The translations under genes were made by a program, and so were the position numbers. From the human T2T-CHM13v2.0 reference genome, Homo sapiens: a stretch of 64,000 nucleotides of DNA. The notes beneath the pieces are model-generated. The model had not been told where the DNA came from and did not search any database. It saw only the letters and a program-made list of their open reading frames with translations. This document shows positions 26,521 to 39,489 of this stretch, one piece after another; positions within the stretch are counted from its first letter, which is position 1; every line of letters begins with the position of its first letter. The DNA is taken from NCBI RefSeq assembly GCF_009914755.1, contig NC_060927.1. One strand, given 5' to 3'.

Positions 26521-26936
26521 TTTTTTTTTTTTTGAGAGGGAGTCTCGGTCTGTTGCCCAGGCTGGACTGCAGTGGGGTGATCTTGGCTCACCACAACCTC
26601 TGCCTTAGGGGTTCAAGCAATTCTCCTGCCTCAGCCTCCTGAGTAGCTGGGACTACAGACATGCGCCATCATGCCCAGCTAATTTTTTTTTTTTTTTTTT
26701 TTTTTTGAGACGGAGTCTTCCTGTCGCCCAGGTTGGAGTGCAGTGGCGCGATCTCGGCTCACTGCAGGCTCCGCCCCCCGGGGTTCACGCCATGCCCGGC
26801 TAATTTTAATATTTTTAGTAGAGATGGGGTTTCACTATGTTCTCCAGGCTAGTCTCGAACTCCTGACCTCAGGTGATCCGCCGGCCTCGGCCTCCCAAAG
26901 TGCTGGGATTACAGGCGTGAGCCACCACGCCCAGCC
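26521..26936 (-). mobile_element. AluS host element with TSD TTATTCTTGGAC (26508-26519 / 26937-26948), carrying a nested Alu fragment
   Basis: Complete left and right arms, CTCCTGACCTCAGGTGATCC, TSD visible. Confidence 0.95.
26683..26793 (-). mobile_element. Nested 5'-truncated AluY (AluYe-like) 3' fragment
   Basis: Has its own poly-T tail and the sequence CTGCAGGCTCCGCCCCCCGGGGTTCACGCCAT. Flanked by the 17-bp TSD CATGCCC(A/G)GCTAATTTT (26670-26686 / 26791-26807). Confidence 0.9.
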
Positions 26937-27214
26937 TTATTCTTGGACTTCTTAATATACTCCTGTTACTTGCTTTCAGATATGGGCACATTTTGAGTAG
27001 GGTGCTATGACCCAATAAAGAAACAACTGGGCACAAAATATCATTAATTTTTATTCTTAGTTTGTAATTGATATTTTTCCTGAAATAAGAACCCCCAAAA
27101 TGTTTTGACCTATCTTACCCTCGTCACCTGCACAGGCTAAAATAAACTTGGCCCTAGAAATATAGACGATTTTGACTCTATATCCTATATGATGTAAGAG
27201 TAACTATCTTAACA

Positions 27215-27600
27215 TGTAGTCTGCATCTATGTAGCTTTTGTTGAATAATAAAACACCACAAAACTGGTGGCTTAGAACAACTGTATTTTCTTCTTCTCAC
27301 AAGTCTGTGGGTTGGGTGACTAATTCTCCTGGTCCTGGCCCCTTGGCTGATTTCTACTGATTTGTCTGTGGTCAGCTAGGAGGTGAGCTGATGAATGAAT
27401 GATGTAAATTGGCCTCACTCATACATCTGGTGTTTGAGAGGCTAATAGCCAGGGAGACTTTGTTCTCCTCCTTGTAGCCTTTTATTTTCTAGTGGGTTAG
27501 TGTATACTTCTTTCATGGTATCCTCAGAATACAGAAAAAAAAAAGTGCAAAATGAGCAAGTACTTTTCAAGTATCTGCAAGCCACATGTTCAAGTAGAGG
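27215..27600 (-). mobile_element. MLT1-type (MLT1H/I/J-like) LTR
   Basis: AAACACCACAAAACTGGTGGCTTAGAACAAC...TCTCACAAGTCTGTGGGTTGG...GGCCTCACTCATACATCTGG. Confidence 0.7.
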
Positions 27601-27971
27601 TGTGAATGAATTGGAGGGCATTACTGCAGATATCAACTCGATAATCTCTGCTTCAGTTCATAGATAATAAAGCTAAAATCCAAAATTCCCACACAATTTG
27701 GAAGACCCAGTTTCATGATATCTCTCTCTCTTTCCAAATTCCTCCTTTTCTAAGTTAACTAGTCCCTATTCAACTCTACAAAACGTCTCATTTCTTTTGT
27801 AACAGTTGTTTACATGTTTGTCTTCCTTATAAGATTCTGAGCTCTTTGAAGAAAAGAGACTCAACTTAGTATATAATACAAGTAAATGAACGAACATGTA
27901 AAAGAATGGTAAACAACTTTTTCAAAAGTATTTCTGTATGCTGAAGAGACATACATATGTTATTATTCCAT

Positions 27972-28575
27972 TTGTAGAGCCACTGAGTAGTTCAGAATTA
28001 ACCTTATGCAAAGAAAGTTCGGTCCCTTGCCTTCGGCTCCTGGGAGGTGATCTCTAGATCCTTGATACATCTTGCCTGGTAAAAGTATCTTTGTTTTCAT
28101 GGCAGCCTTGAGGCACATTAGATAGTCAATTTATGATGGGATCTGTTGTACCTCTGGGAAGAGTTGTAGACTAAAGTTCAGCCATATGGAAAGCCACTCG
28201 TGTGTGTAATCAAGACCCAATGAAAACTCCAGACACTGTCTTGGGTGAGCTTCACTGCTCAACAATACCCAAGTATACAGGCACACATCATTGCTGGGAG
28301 GAGTTATTGTTGTCCATGACTTCATGGGGAAAGAACAACTGGAAGCTCCATGCTTGAAATTTTCCTGGACTCTGATCTAGGCAACTTTTTCTTTGGCTGA
28401 TTTTAATCTGTATTGTATTAGTGTATCAAATCATACTGAGAGTATAACAGCTTTGAATATCTTCTGTGAGTCTTTTAAGCAAATTATTCAATATGGGGCT
28501 GGTCTTGAGGACCCCAGAATTCTGTGGTTGGTGTCAGAAATGAGCATGTTTTCTGGACTGTTCCTTAATTTTGCA
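27972..28575 (+). mobile_element. MER21-like solo LTR
   Basis: TGTAGAG start, GGCTCCTGGGAGGTGATCTCTAGATCCTTG, CCATGACTTCATGGGGAAAGAACAACTGGAAGCTCC, GGTTGGTGTCAGAAATGAG, ends TTTGCA. Confidence 0.75.
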
Positions 28576-28659
28576 GCTATAAATGTTAAGTCAGTACTAG
28601 CTTCCCACCAAGTAGAGGTAACAATTCCCAGACTTTTTTTCTAAACTACTATCTTATTA

Positions 28660-29540
28660 TCTGATAATAAATGTTCATTGATAATAAGGGTTTATGTCTA
28701 AATTAGGCTTTAAAGATACAGAATGGAAAGACAGATAAAGTCCACGCTCTCACAGGTAGTATATTTTAGTGGGATTGACAAGAATAAAACAATTTCAGAG
28801 TTAGAAATGCTATAAATTTAATAAAACAGAGCAATATGATAAAAATCAGTTTCTAGGGCCTCTGGTAGGAGAGCAAATATAGAAAGGGTGGTTAAGAAAT
28901 ATGGGTCTGAAGATGTGATATTTGTCTTGCAATTCAAAGACAGCTTGGAGCTAACCATGTCAATATGTAGGGCAAGAAATTTCAGGAGGAAAAATGTGGT
29001 TGGAAGAAGGCCAGCGTGGCTGTATCCTAGTAATAGGGGGCAGCAATCAGGGGACCAGATAAGGAATAGAAGGAGAAACCTAAACTTATAGGATAGTGTT
29101 CCTCAAAGTGTGGTTCCTGGGCTACAATCATCAGCATCACTTGGTAGCTTACCATAAATGCAAATTATCAAGCTGTCCTTGACTTACTGAGTCATAAATT
29201 TTGGCAATGTTGCCCAGCAATCTGTTTTTACAAGCCCTTCAAATAATTCTGATGCATGGCTCAAATGTGAGGTCCATGGTCATAGATTCTTGAAGACCTG
29301 GTGAAAATATCATTTTATCTGAAATATAATAAAAACTGGTTGAACCATTAAATAATTTTTAAGCAAAAAAAAAGGCCTGATTTATGTCTGTAAATGTTGG
29401 CTTTGGTGTATATAATTGCAGATATGAATAAAAGTGAAGAGATGAATGCTGGTGCTGCTGTCATCATCCAGGTGAGGGATGATAACTGATAAATATGCTC
29501 ACAGAGAATAGTGGAGGGAGATGAGATACACTTGTAAGGT
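28660..29540 (-). mobile_element. L2 fragment interrupted by MER5A
   Basis: AAGACAGATAAAGTCCACGCTCTCACAGG, TCTGAAGATGTGATATTTG, TCATCCAGGTGAGGGATGAT. Confidence 0.6.
29094..29279. mobile_element. MER5A (hAT-Charlie non-autonomous element)
   Basis: AGTGTTCCTCAAAGTGTGGTTCC...CAGCATCACTTGG...AAATGCAAATT...GCCCAGCAATCTGTTTTTACAAGCCCTTC...ATTCTGATGCA. Confidence 0.8.
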
Positions 29541-31749
29541 TAAAGAAAATTAATTTGTCTTTATAAGAGAAAATTATAAGAGCTCCTGCAATCGTAAAGT
29601 GCATTGTGAATCTATTAAAATATATTATAAAAGTGTTCCAATTTTTATTTGATAATGGAATTTTTTTCTTTTATTCCATTACAAAGTTATAAAAAATCTC
29701 TCAGTATGTTAGTCTCCATGGAAAAGAAACACAACTTGGAAAATACTGCATTACAGGTAGGAGAGAAAAGATTAAATGCTTTCTAATTAATTAAGTCATA
29801 ACTATATAATTTACTTTTCAAATGCAGTTTTCTGGAATATTCAGCAACTAGAACCAAGCTAACCAAGTGGTTTTTTAAAAATAAAAATCCCATTTCACTG
29901 AATAGGTAAGGGTAATTTACTTTTCAAAGAACTCATAATTGCAGTTATTCTTTGCCCAAGTGGTCATTTTACAACATGTCAGAGCATTATAATCAGATTA
30001 TAAAAAATATATTTACTTAGCCATTTTAATAATTTATTGAGCAAGTCCCTCAAAAAAAGTAGAATAAGTATTTGGCCCAGGAACTATCCAAAGTATATAT
30101 ATTTTTTTAGTTTAGCTAAATATGGTTTTGAAATCATTTATTCTGTGAATGTTTAACACTTACTACATTTCTCAGCATGGTGCAGGGTAACTTAATGTTT
30201 TACTTTTAGGATAACTGTAACTAATACTCAGAATTTTTCTTTTTATGCTAAAATGTCCAGCAAAATGTATTGAATCTCATCTCTTCATTCTGAACACAAA
30301 ACATTTATAATTTATGATTTTGCTTATTTTTTATTTAATGCATATTACCTCATCTCCCAAAATGATTCAGAGGAGACCAGTAAAATAAAATGTAGACCAA
30401 GGTCCTAGTTTTAACTAAACAGATCATTACCTGTGCTAGGCCTCACAGCCCACATTTACAAGATGGAGTCATGGGTTAAATGCTTTCTTAGGTCTCTTCC
30501 AATTCTAATGTGTTCATATTTTAGAAACATGTATATTCCCCCAAAGTCCAGTGATCCTTTGCAAATGGGACCAGGAAAAATTTAACACAGCAAAGAAGCT
30601 GCTTTGCAAATACTCCATAGACTATTTTAATCTTCTCTATTTCCATTTACTTGTTCCAAGGTTAGATAATAAAATGTTCTCTTAAAAGTTACATGCGTCT
30701 GCACAATCAAAATGCTCTCATATCATCCTGAAACTGCCAGCATGTCCTACTTTGCCAATCTGAGCCTATCTAAGTCCCAGGTTCCCTGTGTCCAATCAAC
30801 TGACAACAGGTTTATGAGATACCCAAGAAGTCTGCAGAGCACTAGGCATTTTAGAGATTGACATGTTCTTTATCTTCTCCAGAATTGCTGACAATACTTG
30901 TGTCTTTTAAAAGGAGCAATATTCACATAATCTCATAGCTCTTGAAAGAAGTTGACCAACTTTCAATAGAGCACCAAATAACTATTTACCTTGGAGGATC
31001 TGTTCTTCATTATTTAAGGAGATAATATATTGTAGCTGTCCCAGAATTCAGGAAGACTTTCAGATTTATCTTCTGTGAACCAGGTAAAGTATGCACTTCA
31101 CCATATTTTTGGAGAAATTAAATTACATAGAATTTGTAAGTGTGGGACACAATGCATAGAATGCTGTGAAGGCTTAGTTATCTAATTTAATGAGTGTATA
31201 AATTAATCAATCCATCAACCAATCACCAGGACATAAGTGCTGTATTATTTTAATTTCAATGGGTTGGAATATGACAGAATGTTTGACTTTTAGGTCACTT
31301 TATATTAGGAAACAAGCCTTAGAGACTCTGGTCCATAAAGCAGGGATATTTGAGATATTCCTGTGGAGTGTAGAACCAATCCGGTTCTGGCCAACAGTGA
31401 GGGACTTAGTTTGTATAAGAAGATTCCTAGGTCATATCTACGCCTGCCTACAATATTTCATATGAACTATGAAATCTTCTCTCTGAGTAAGATTTGACTC
31501 CTTATCCTACCTCTCCCCTAGGGGAAAAAATTTGTAGCAAGGCCAGAGCACTCTGCTTGCAAGGTTATCTAAGAATAACAACAAAATTGTGTGAATGGCT
31601 ATTATAATCATTTTCAGATATTGAAATCATAGCCTGAGATTTTAAGTAATAAGTTCACATACTTAGTGACAAATCTAGAATTTACCCCTTTATATTTATT
31701 TTTCCCATTTCCATATCTTTTCCCTATTATATACTACTTTTCTCTTTAA

Positions 31750-31890
31750 ATGTACTGAATTTCAGTTTCTTCATATAAAAAATGGGCTAATAACGCCTGT
31801 CGTAGAGTATCATTATTAAGATTAAATTCAATAGCAAACAGGAAATGCGTTGAGAATACTAAAGTGCTATATAAATGTGAATTGTTACTC
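31750..31890 (+). mobile_element. MIR fragment
   Basis: TCAGTTTCTTCATATAAAAAATGGGCTAATAA...AAAGTGCTATATAAATGT core and 3' tail. Confidence 0.65.
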
Positions 31891-34660
31891 TCCATGGTTA
31901 CTGATATATCCTCAAATCATCAGTGTTCATTGTTGTCTAGAATAGAGAAGGCTCATTTTTGAAACTGGTGATTTCTAATATACAACTTATATTTTCTATC
32001 ATGCCCCAGTATATCTGTTCCGGAGATAGGAAAATAATTTACCAGTCATTTTTCTACTGAAAGTTGCCTTTGGCAATATTTGAGAATGTCATAGTTTTTA
32101 GTCTCAAAACTCCATAAGGCACATTTAAGTCAAGGAATCATCATTTCCTGTACCTCAATGTTATCATTCATCATTGTGAATAATTAAATACATACATCCA
32201 TCACTTAAATGAAAGCTTGGAAACTTTATTAGAAGGGTGTTTGAAAGATTTGGCCTTTATAAATCACAAGGGAAACCTATGTTTTCTGTTTATTTTGTTT
32301 CCACGTTGAGATAGGTAGATATAAAAATAGCCTTAAAAAAGTATGCATGGAATATAAGACTTCCTTAATCCAGTTATGTTTCTGGGAATGTTTTTAAGAG
32401 GTGAGGATATTCAGGTGCCATTTTGTGACCTGGAAATGTCCTGAAGCTCCACCTGTTGTGTAATAAATACCTACTGATCACCAAAGATGTGATGATGGCT
32501 GGCATTTTGAGTTTCTAATCCTGTAGAACTGCCTGAAGTTTCTGGTGAATGCCTTAGCAGAGCAATACTCCATATACCTCAAAATTAGCTGGGATGTATC
32601 CCCTTTTAAATGACACTGCATGTAATTTAGAATTGTGAGACTCATAAGGTTCATGCTATCATGAAAGTTCACTATAGATAAAAGATTTGTCCACTCAGGA
32701 TTCCTTTTCAGAATGCTTGAGGCATCATTATTTTGTATGAAGGCATTTAAAAAAAATCTGTGCACTGCTTCAATATTGAAGTATTTCCTGATTTTTACGC
32801 TTTTATATTGACAACAACTTCATCTTTTCTCCATACAGCAGTATTTTCTTTTTCTTTTTGTGAGTTTTCTTTTGAAAATGCCAAGCTATTATTAAGGTAT
32901 GGTAAACAGAACTCTCCTGTGAAGAATGCCTGTTTCAAGCAGGTCCATAGGACTTCAGATAGGACAATGGAACAAAATCCGTTAATTATCATTTTCCAGA
33001 CTGAATAGGATGAACTTTGACAAAGCATACTTGTGGAAAAGCTATCAGCACCAAGCGCTCCTCTTCCTGTTTAGGGTGTTTGACCCTAGGGAACCACATA
33101 GAGACTGAAGGTATTTTTTTTCTCCTTTGTTTATATTTAGACAGTAATTTAAAAATAGATTAGAGACATATTTAATACTCCAGAGTGATTTGCTTTCCTA
33201 ACAGGACTCTTAAAAGCATTCCAGATTGTTAACAAGTATAATTGTACCTCTACTATGGGATACCAGAAATAATAGCACTGTTATTACAATGATATCGTTT
33301 TAGTTCAGATTGAAACTTGCACAAAAAGTATAAGGTTAAATTGGAACTTTAAAATGGGTATGTTGATTGTAGTGTTGTTGAAACCAACGTGGAAAATATT
33401 GAACATTTGTATAGTAAGAACATATCTTAACAGTGCAGAAAAATTTAATTGGCAAATAGGGCTGAGTACTCATACATACTTGTCTGATGATGCAGTTATA
33501 AGTAGAACAAACTACTGTTTTAGGTAAATGTTCAGATAATTCAAACAAAAAGTGCATTTGATTACTTAACTGAGACAAGTGTTTCCATTCATCAACACAA
33601 AATTTTTGTGTACTTAGAACTAATGTATTAAAAGAAAATTCATTAATATTTAAGTTTAATTCAAAATCTATTCTTACCTTGGTGTAAAAAGTTTGAGACA
33701 AAGAAATGTAATTGGTCTGTTCCTTTGGCCATAATTTAGACTCTAAAAATGATTGTAGTGAGTGTCTGTTTGACCTTTGCCATATTTATACACACTCACA
33801 CACACATGTTCATTTTGGACTTATTCTTATTTGCACTACTATCATTGTACCTGTCTTGTTCGGAAGTCAGTATGGGACCAAAACAGACCAGAAATATTCT
33901 CCGAATTTTTCCACATTTGAACTAGGGCTTAAAATCTTATCATTCTCTGGTGATAAAGCCTTAAGCATGAGCTTCGTAAAACTCTTCTTTATTATTTTTA
34001 TTTCCATTTAGAAGGAAGAATTCTGAGATATTTAAGTGGGCCCGAAGAGAAAAGCAGAAATGAGAGACAAAAAAATAAGGCATCTCTTAGCACTCAAGCC
34101 AGAGGCCCAGCTTGTCACCTGACTGCAGTGGTTATAAAAAATACCACAGTATCTTTCCAATAATTTCCTGTATTGGTTTAACTCAACTTAAATGGGCTTT
34201 CTATTGATTACAATTCAAAGAGTTCTGGCTAATCCAGCAAGAAAGGATGCTTATTTCTGATTGGAGGGAACTGTGATTTTGGTTCCTGAAAGATACCAAT
34301 TTAAATACCAGATTAATAACTTGATTGGCCTGGTAGTCTTGAGTAAATTATTTGATTCCTCTAAATTTCATATTTATTTTTCAAACAAAGAAAAAAATTA
34401 GAAATAACAGTGCCCAGTTTACTTTTTTAGAGACTAACATATCAAAATGATTGGAAATTTGAAACATTGGTTTCCTTTCTCATACTTATCTAAATATTTC
34501 TAAAAATACCATAACAGAACAGAACAAAACACATTGGTGGTAGAGGAAAAACGGAAGCAATAATTCTGCATCTTTTTATTGATTTTAATGATAGAACATT
34601 TTTCTTATAAGTTTACAAGCACTACTAATATGCTCCCAATGACAACAATATTGTTTGCTC

Positions 34661-34781
34661 AAAATTAAAAGTCATTCGTTGTGAGTTCCAATAAAAGATT
34701 GAAAATATCATATTTAGATAAAATTAAATGTCACTGGGTGCAAGTTCCAATAAAAGATTGAAGAGATCATGTTTGGATAAA
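34661..34781. repeat. 59-bp tandem duplication (49/59 identical)
   Basis: Copies 34661-34719 and 34720-34778 share AGTTCCAATAAAAGATTGAA. Confidence 0.85.
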
Positions 34782-34959
34782 CAGAAGTCTTTAGAATGAT
34801 TTTCTAAATGAACCACCAATAAGCAATGAAAGAAAATATCTCCCTCTAAAAAAAAAAAAGGAATATCTGTAATATTTTGGAATCAGAAAATTTCAAAGTT
34901 GTAGTGAATGAATGGTCATGAGTCCCAACTTTCAGGCTGGTGAAGTGATCTCTCATATT

Positions 34960-34993
<34 letters not shown>

Positions 34994-35761
34994 AATGACT
35001 TACAGAGTGACCTGGTATATTTCATTTAATCCCCCCCTTACCTTTCTGCACTTTATCCTCATAAGAGAAATAAAAAAATGGACCACCACCTGCCACACAG
35101 GAGATGGTAAGATTAATGAACTGCTGTGACAATTCTTTGCCAGACAAAGCTGTGTGAAAGATGAGGGAGAAAGCACCAACGAGCACCTGGCTTGGAAACA
35201 GGAAAAGGCAAGAGAATTTATTACTGTGGAGTGTTAGAAATGGATAAAAAGCCTTTGAAAAGCCTTTGTTTGATGACAGAAAAAAACTTTTTTTTTTTTT
35301 TTTTGAGGTAGCAGGACACTCATTTGTGGGCATCATGGAGAAAAGGCAGGGACCTTAACAGTGGTTACTGTAAACTGTTATATAATGTCAATTACAGGTT
35401 ACAGGTAATATCAACTTACCTCAGCACTTCACTTTACAGTGTGAAAAATTCTTTCTCATACACGAGCTCAGTTCAGGCTCTAGCAGTCCCAGTAATAAGT
35501 AGGTCGGGAATTAAAGCCTCATTATTTTACAGGGCTTATATACTTCGTCCAAAGTCATAGACAGTGAGTACTGGAGCAGATCTCAAAGCCAAGTCTACCA
35601 GATCCAGCCCAGTTTTATCACAACCCCACGCTGCCTCCACCTGAGCGTGTGTGGCAACCTCTTTATGAGAGAACCCTTAAGGTGAAGTATGTGTAGCATT
35701 CTTTCTTCACCATGCCAGTCTGTTTTTCTCTTAATTTTCTTTCTTTCCTATTTCTGTTTAA

Positions 35762-36127
<366 letters not shown>

Positions 36128-36629
36128 TTGAAGGTGTATTTTTAACGTATTTTTAAAAACACAGCACCAGTGGTTTTTGCAGCAATCCTGTAATGGAAAA
36201 AACACAATCTTCAGCCCCATTTACCTGTGAGAGAGCCGATATGCAGAGGTGTTCCAGGATCATATTAGGGACAACTTGCAGTATTAGGACCAGTTTCCCA
36301 GACACATGAGGGCAACCGGAGCCTTAGTGCCTTTCACTGTTTTAGAGCCTTGATTTAAGAAAACTATATTCACAGCCAGGCAGGCTAAGAATCCATTCAA
36401 GTTCATCCATCCACCCATTTATCAATCCACATTTCTATCCAACAAAGAGTGTTGTTTTTGACCATGAAATTACAGAGGTAAAAAAGTCCAGCAATCTCTG
36501 CTGATAAAGAACCCACATTTTACAAGAGAGATGCTTTGGTGGATACTATGGAATAAATATGAAGAATGAGACCCCTGTTTTTTTAGCATAGAATATCCCT
36601 TGTGGGTGAAATGCACAGATGCAAGCATA

Positions 36630-36698
36630 AACAAGGAGAACAGTCAAGTTGAGAAATCAACAAGGAGAACCGTAAAGTTGAGAAACAGTAAAGTTGAG
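36630..36698. repeat. 29-bp-period tandem duplication plus partial third unit
   Basis: AACAAGGAGAAC(A/C)GT(C/A)AAGTTGAGAAA twice, then CAGTAAAGTTGAG. Confidence 0.85.
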
Positions 36699-37159
36699 GC
36701 CTTGGTATCAAAGGACTTATGCTCTGGCATTATCTAGCTGTATGACCTTGGGCAAGTTATCCTGCCTGAATTGTTAGGCAAAGAAAACAACATTGGGTGG
36801 TGGTGTGGAGCAGGGAGTGGTAGTTTGGGCAATTACCAAATTAAATACTATGAGAGTCTAGTTCTTCTATAGTTTTACCATCTTGCTCATTATTTTTTGG
36901 TAATCTGCATTTTCTTATAGCTTCTCCTGAAACTTATGGTTCTGGAAAACTAGTTTCCTACAGTTTTTTAAATGGTAACTTTCTGATGTACATTAAATAG
37001 CTAGCTGCACTTTGCTTATTTTCTCTTTTCTTCAAGGTCTCATTGATGATTGTTTTATGAAAGTGAAAGGCAGCTAGATCTTTTGCAGAAGGCCTAAAAG
37101 TAACTTCCATTTGCTTTGTTGAAATGATTTGGACGTTTGAATTTAATGCAGTCTTAATT

Positions 37160-37690
37160 GACATTCCCTAGAAGCAGAGCTGGATAGAGGAATTCAGACT
37201 GATATCATTGCTTGAGGGTGTCTTTTACTGGGAAAACCTGTAGGGTAAGAGGAAGTGAAGACCTAATGATAGTAAAGGGGAAGGGGCTGAGTGAGGATGG
37301 TGTGTCAGGCAAAGTCTATTCCAGTGGGTCTCCAAGTGTGGTTCCCAGACCAGCATCATTAACATCAACTAGGAACTTGATAAAAAAGCAAATTTTCAGA
37401 TTGAAGCTGGATCTGATCCAAAGGGGCCTCAAAAGCATAAATTATCCTGAAGGATTGTCCTTTCTTGAAAGAAGAGGTCTGGCCAGATGTCTAACATGTG
37501 GAATATTAGACAGTCACTACTTGTAACCAGCTGGTAGTTATTGCTAATGGAGCCAATTCTCCAGAGAAGGGTAGCAGGTGTGAGCTATGAGCAGATAAAC
37601 TTCTGAGCAATTGGGAGATGGTCCACAGTCTGAGAAAGAGAACCTAGGGACAGGACCAAGGCATGTTAGGTTTGGCACTGCACAGCCTTG
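37160..37690 (-). mobile_element. LTR33/LTR16-like ERV-L LTR with a MER5A fragment at ~37322-37400
   Basis: TTCCCTAGAAGCAGAGC...GGAAGGGGCTGAGTGAGGATG, with CAGTGGGTCTCCAAGTGTGGTTCCCAGACCAGCATCA...GCAAATT in the middle. Confidence 0.55.
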
Positions 37691-37809
37691 ACCCCACCCA
37701 ATTTTTTGTATAGCTGGTTTTAGTTTACAAGTTTTTCCAAGGTTGTTATAAAACAACATTTACTGTAAAACGGCACTTATTCACTAGCCCCTTAGTCATG
37801 CTCAATAAA

Positions 37810-38034
37810 TAAATCAAGATGTAATTTAAAAGCCATAAAATTGTCCATTTCGAAATGTGAAGTTTGTCACTTTTAGTACATTCACAGGGTTGTATGACCA
37901 CTACCTAAATCTAGGACATTTTTATTACTCCCTAAATAAGCCCAATGCACTTTGATAGTCCCTCCACATTTCGCCCTCATGAGTCCTGAGAACTACTACC
38001 TCTTTTATGTCTGTATGGATTTCTTTCTTCCAGA
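37810..38034 (-). mobile_element. L1M 3' UTR fragment
   Basis: TTTTAGTACATTCACAGGGTTGTATGACCACTAC...TGTCTGTATGGATTT. Confidence 0.75.
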
Positions 38035-38228
38035 TTTTTTTTTTGAGACAGAATCTTGCTCTGTTGCCCAGGCTGGAGTGCAGTGGCATGATCTCAGCTC
38101 ACTGCAAGCTCCGTCTCCTGGATTCATGCCATTCTCCTGCCTCATACTCCTGAGTGAGCTGGGACTACAGGTGCCCATCACCACGCCCGGCCAATCTTTT
38201 GTATTTTTAGTAGAGATGGGGTTTCACG
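38035..38228 (-). mobile_element. 5'-truncated AluY-like element, no TSD visible
   Basis: Y-type ACTGCAAGCTCC...TTCATGCCATTCTCC; ends at GGGTTTCACG. Confidence 0.9.
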
Positions 38229-38574
38229 CCATACATATATGGCTCTATTTCAGGACTCTATTCTGTACCATTCTTCTATATGTTCAGTATTCTAACATAA
38301 TAAATATAATAGAAATAAAAGAATAGGAAGGAAAGGTAAGGAAAAAAGAAAAAATATATAAGTATGCATTATTCCTGGTAAAAATAAACATTATTTCATG
38401 AAAGTTCTTGTTCAATTAAAAGAGAGTGTACGTATGTTTATTAGATCATCATTATCAAAACTCAATACTTTTGAGTTTTCCATCACAAATGAGAAATTAT
38501 TGAATTAGTTTTATCCTTTTGTGATACTCTAAAATCCAACTTACCTAAGTGCTAATAGACCACAAATATATATT

Positions 38575-38627
38575 TATGTGTGTGTGTATGTATGTGTGTG
38601 TGTGTGCGCGTGCGCGCACACGTGCAC
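38575..38627. repeat. Alternating purine-pyrimidine tract with a CG-rich end (Z-DNA prone)
   Basis: TATGTGTGTGTGTATGTATGTGTGTGTGTGTGCGCGTGCGCGCACACGTGCAC. Confidence 0.9.
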
Positions 38628-38669
38628 TTTTCTCTTTCAGTTCTCCTTTTCTACTTTTGTTCTCTGCAA

Positions 38670-38880
38670 TGGTTGATGATGGTGCCAATGTCTGCTGTCT
38701 TTCCCACAACATATGTTCTCTGTTTCTTCTACAATAGCTAAATTAATGGCTAGACATATACTCATTCAGAAAAAAAGGTGTATTTTCCTGAAGCCCATGC
38801 AGCTATGTGTGTCGATGTGATTATGTTATTACCAATGAGATTTAGACAGAGTATCATATGGGATATTCAGAGAACTTTTA
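38670..38880 (+). mobile_element. MLT1-type LTR fragment
   Basis: TATTTTCCTGAAGCCCATGCAGCTATGTGTG...GTGATTATGTTATTACCAATGAGAT resembles the MLT1 core. Confidence 0.5.
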
Positions 38881-39004
38881 AATTAAATTAATGTTTTTGT
38901 TTTTCTCTGAAGGAAGTGCTTGCATGAACTCTATATGTAATTCCTTCTTTCTAATTTTTTCTGGTGATTGGAATAGGCATATAAGCTTACAAGTTTGAAG
39001 ATGA

Positions 39005-39354
<350 letters not shown>

Positions 39355-39489
39355 CAGAATTTCATACAGTGAAACTCACATTCCCACTGTAGGCAGCATT
39401 TAGGTAAGTAATAACTCAACGTAAATCTTGTTTAATCTTTTGCCAATTAAGTTTTCTCTGTTACTTACAAGGAGATCTCCATCATTTAT

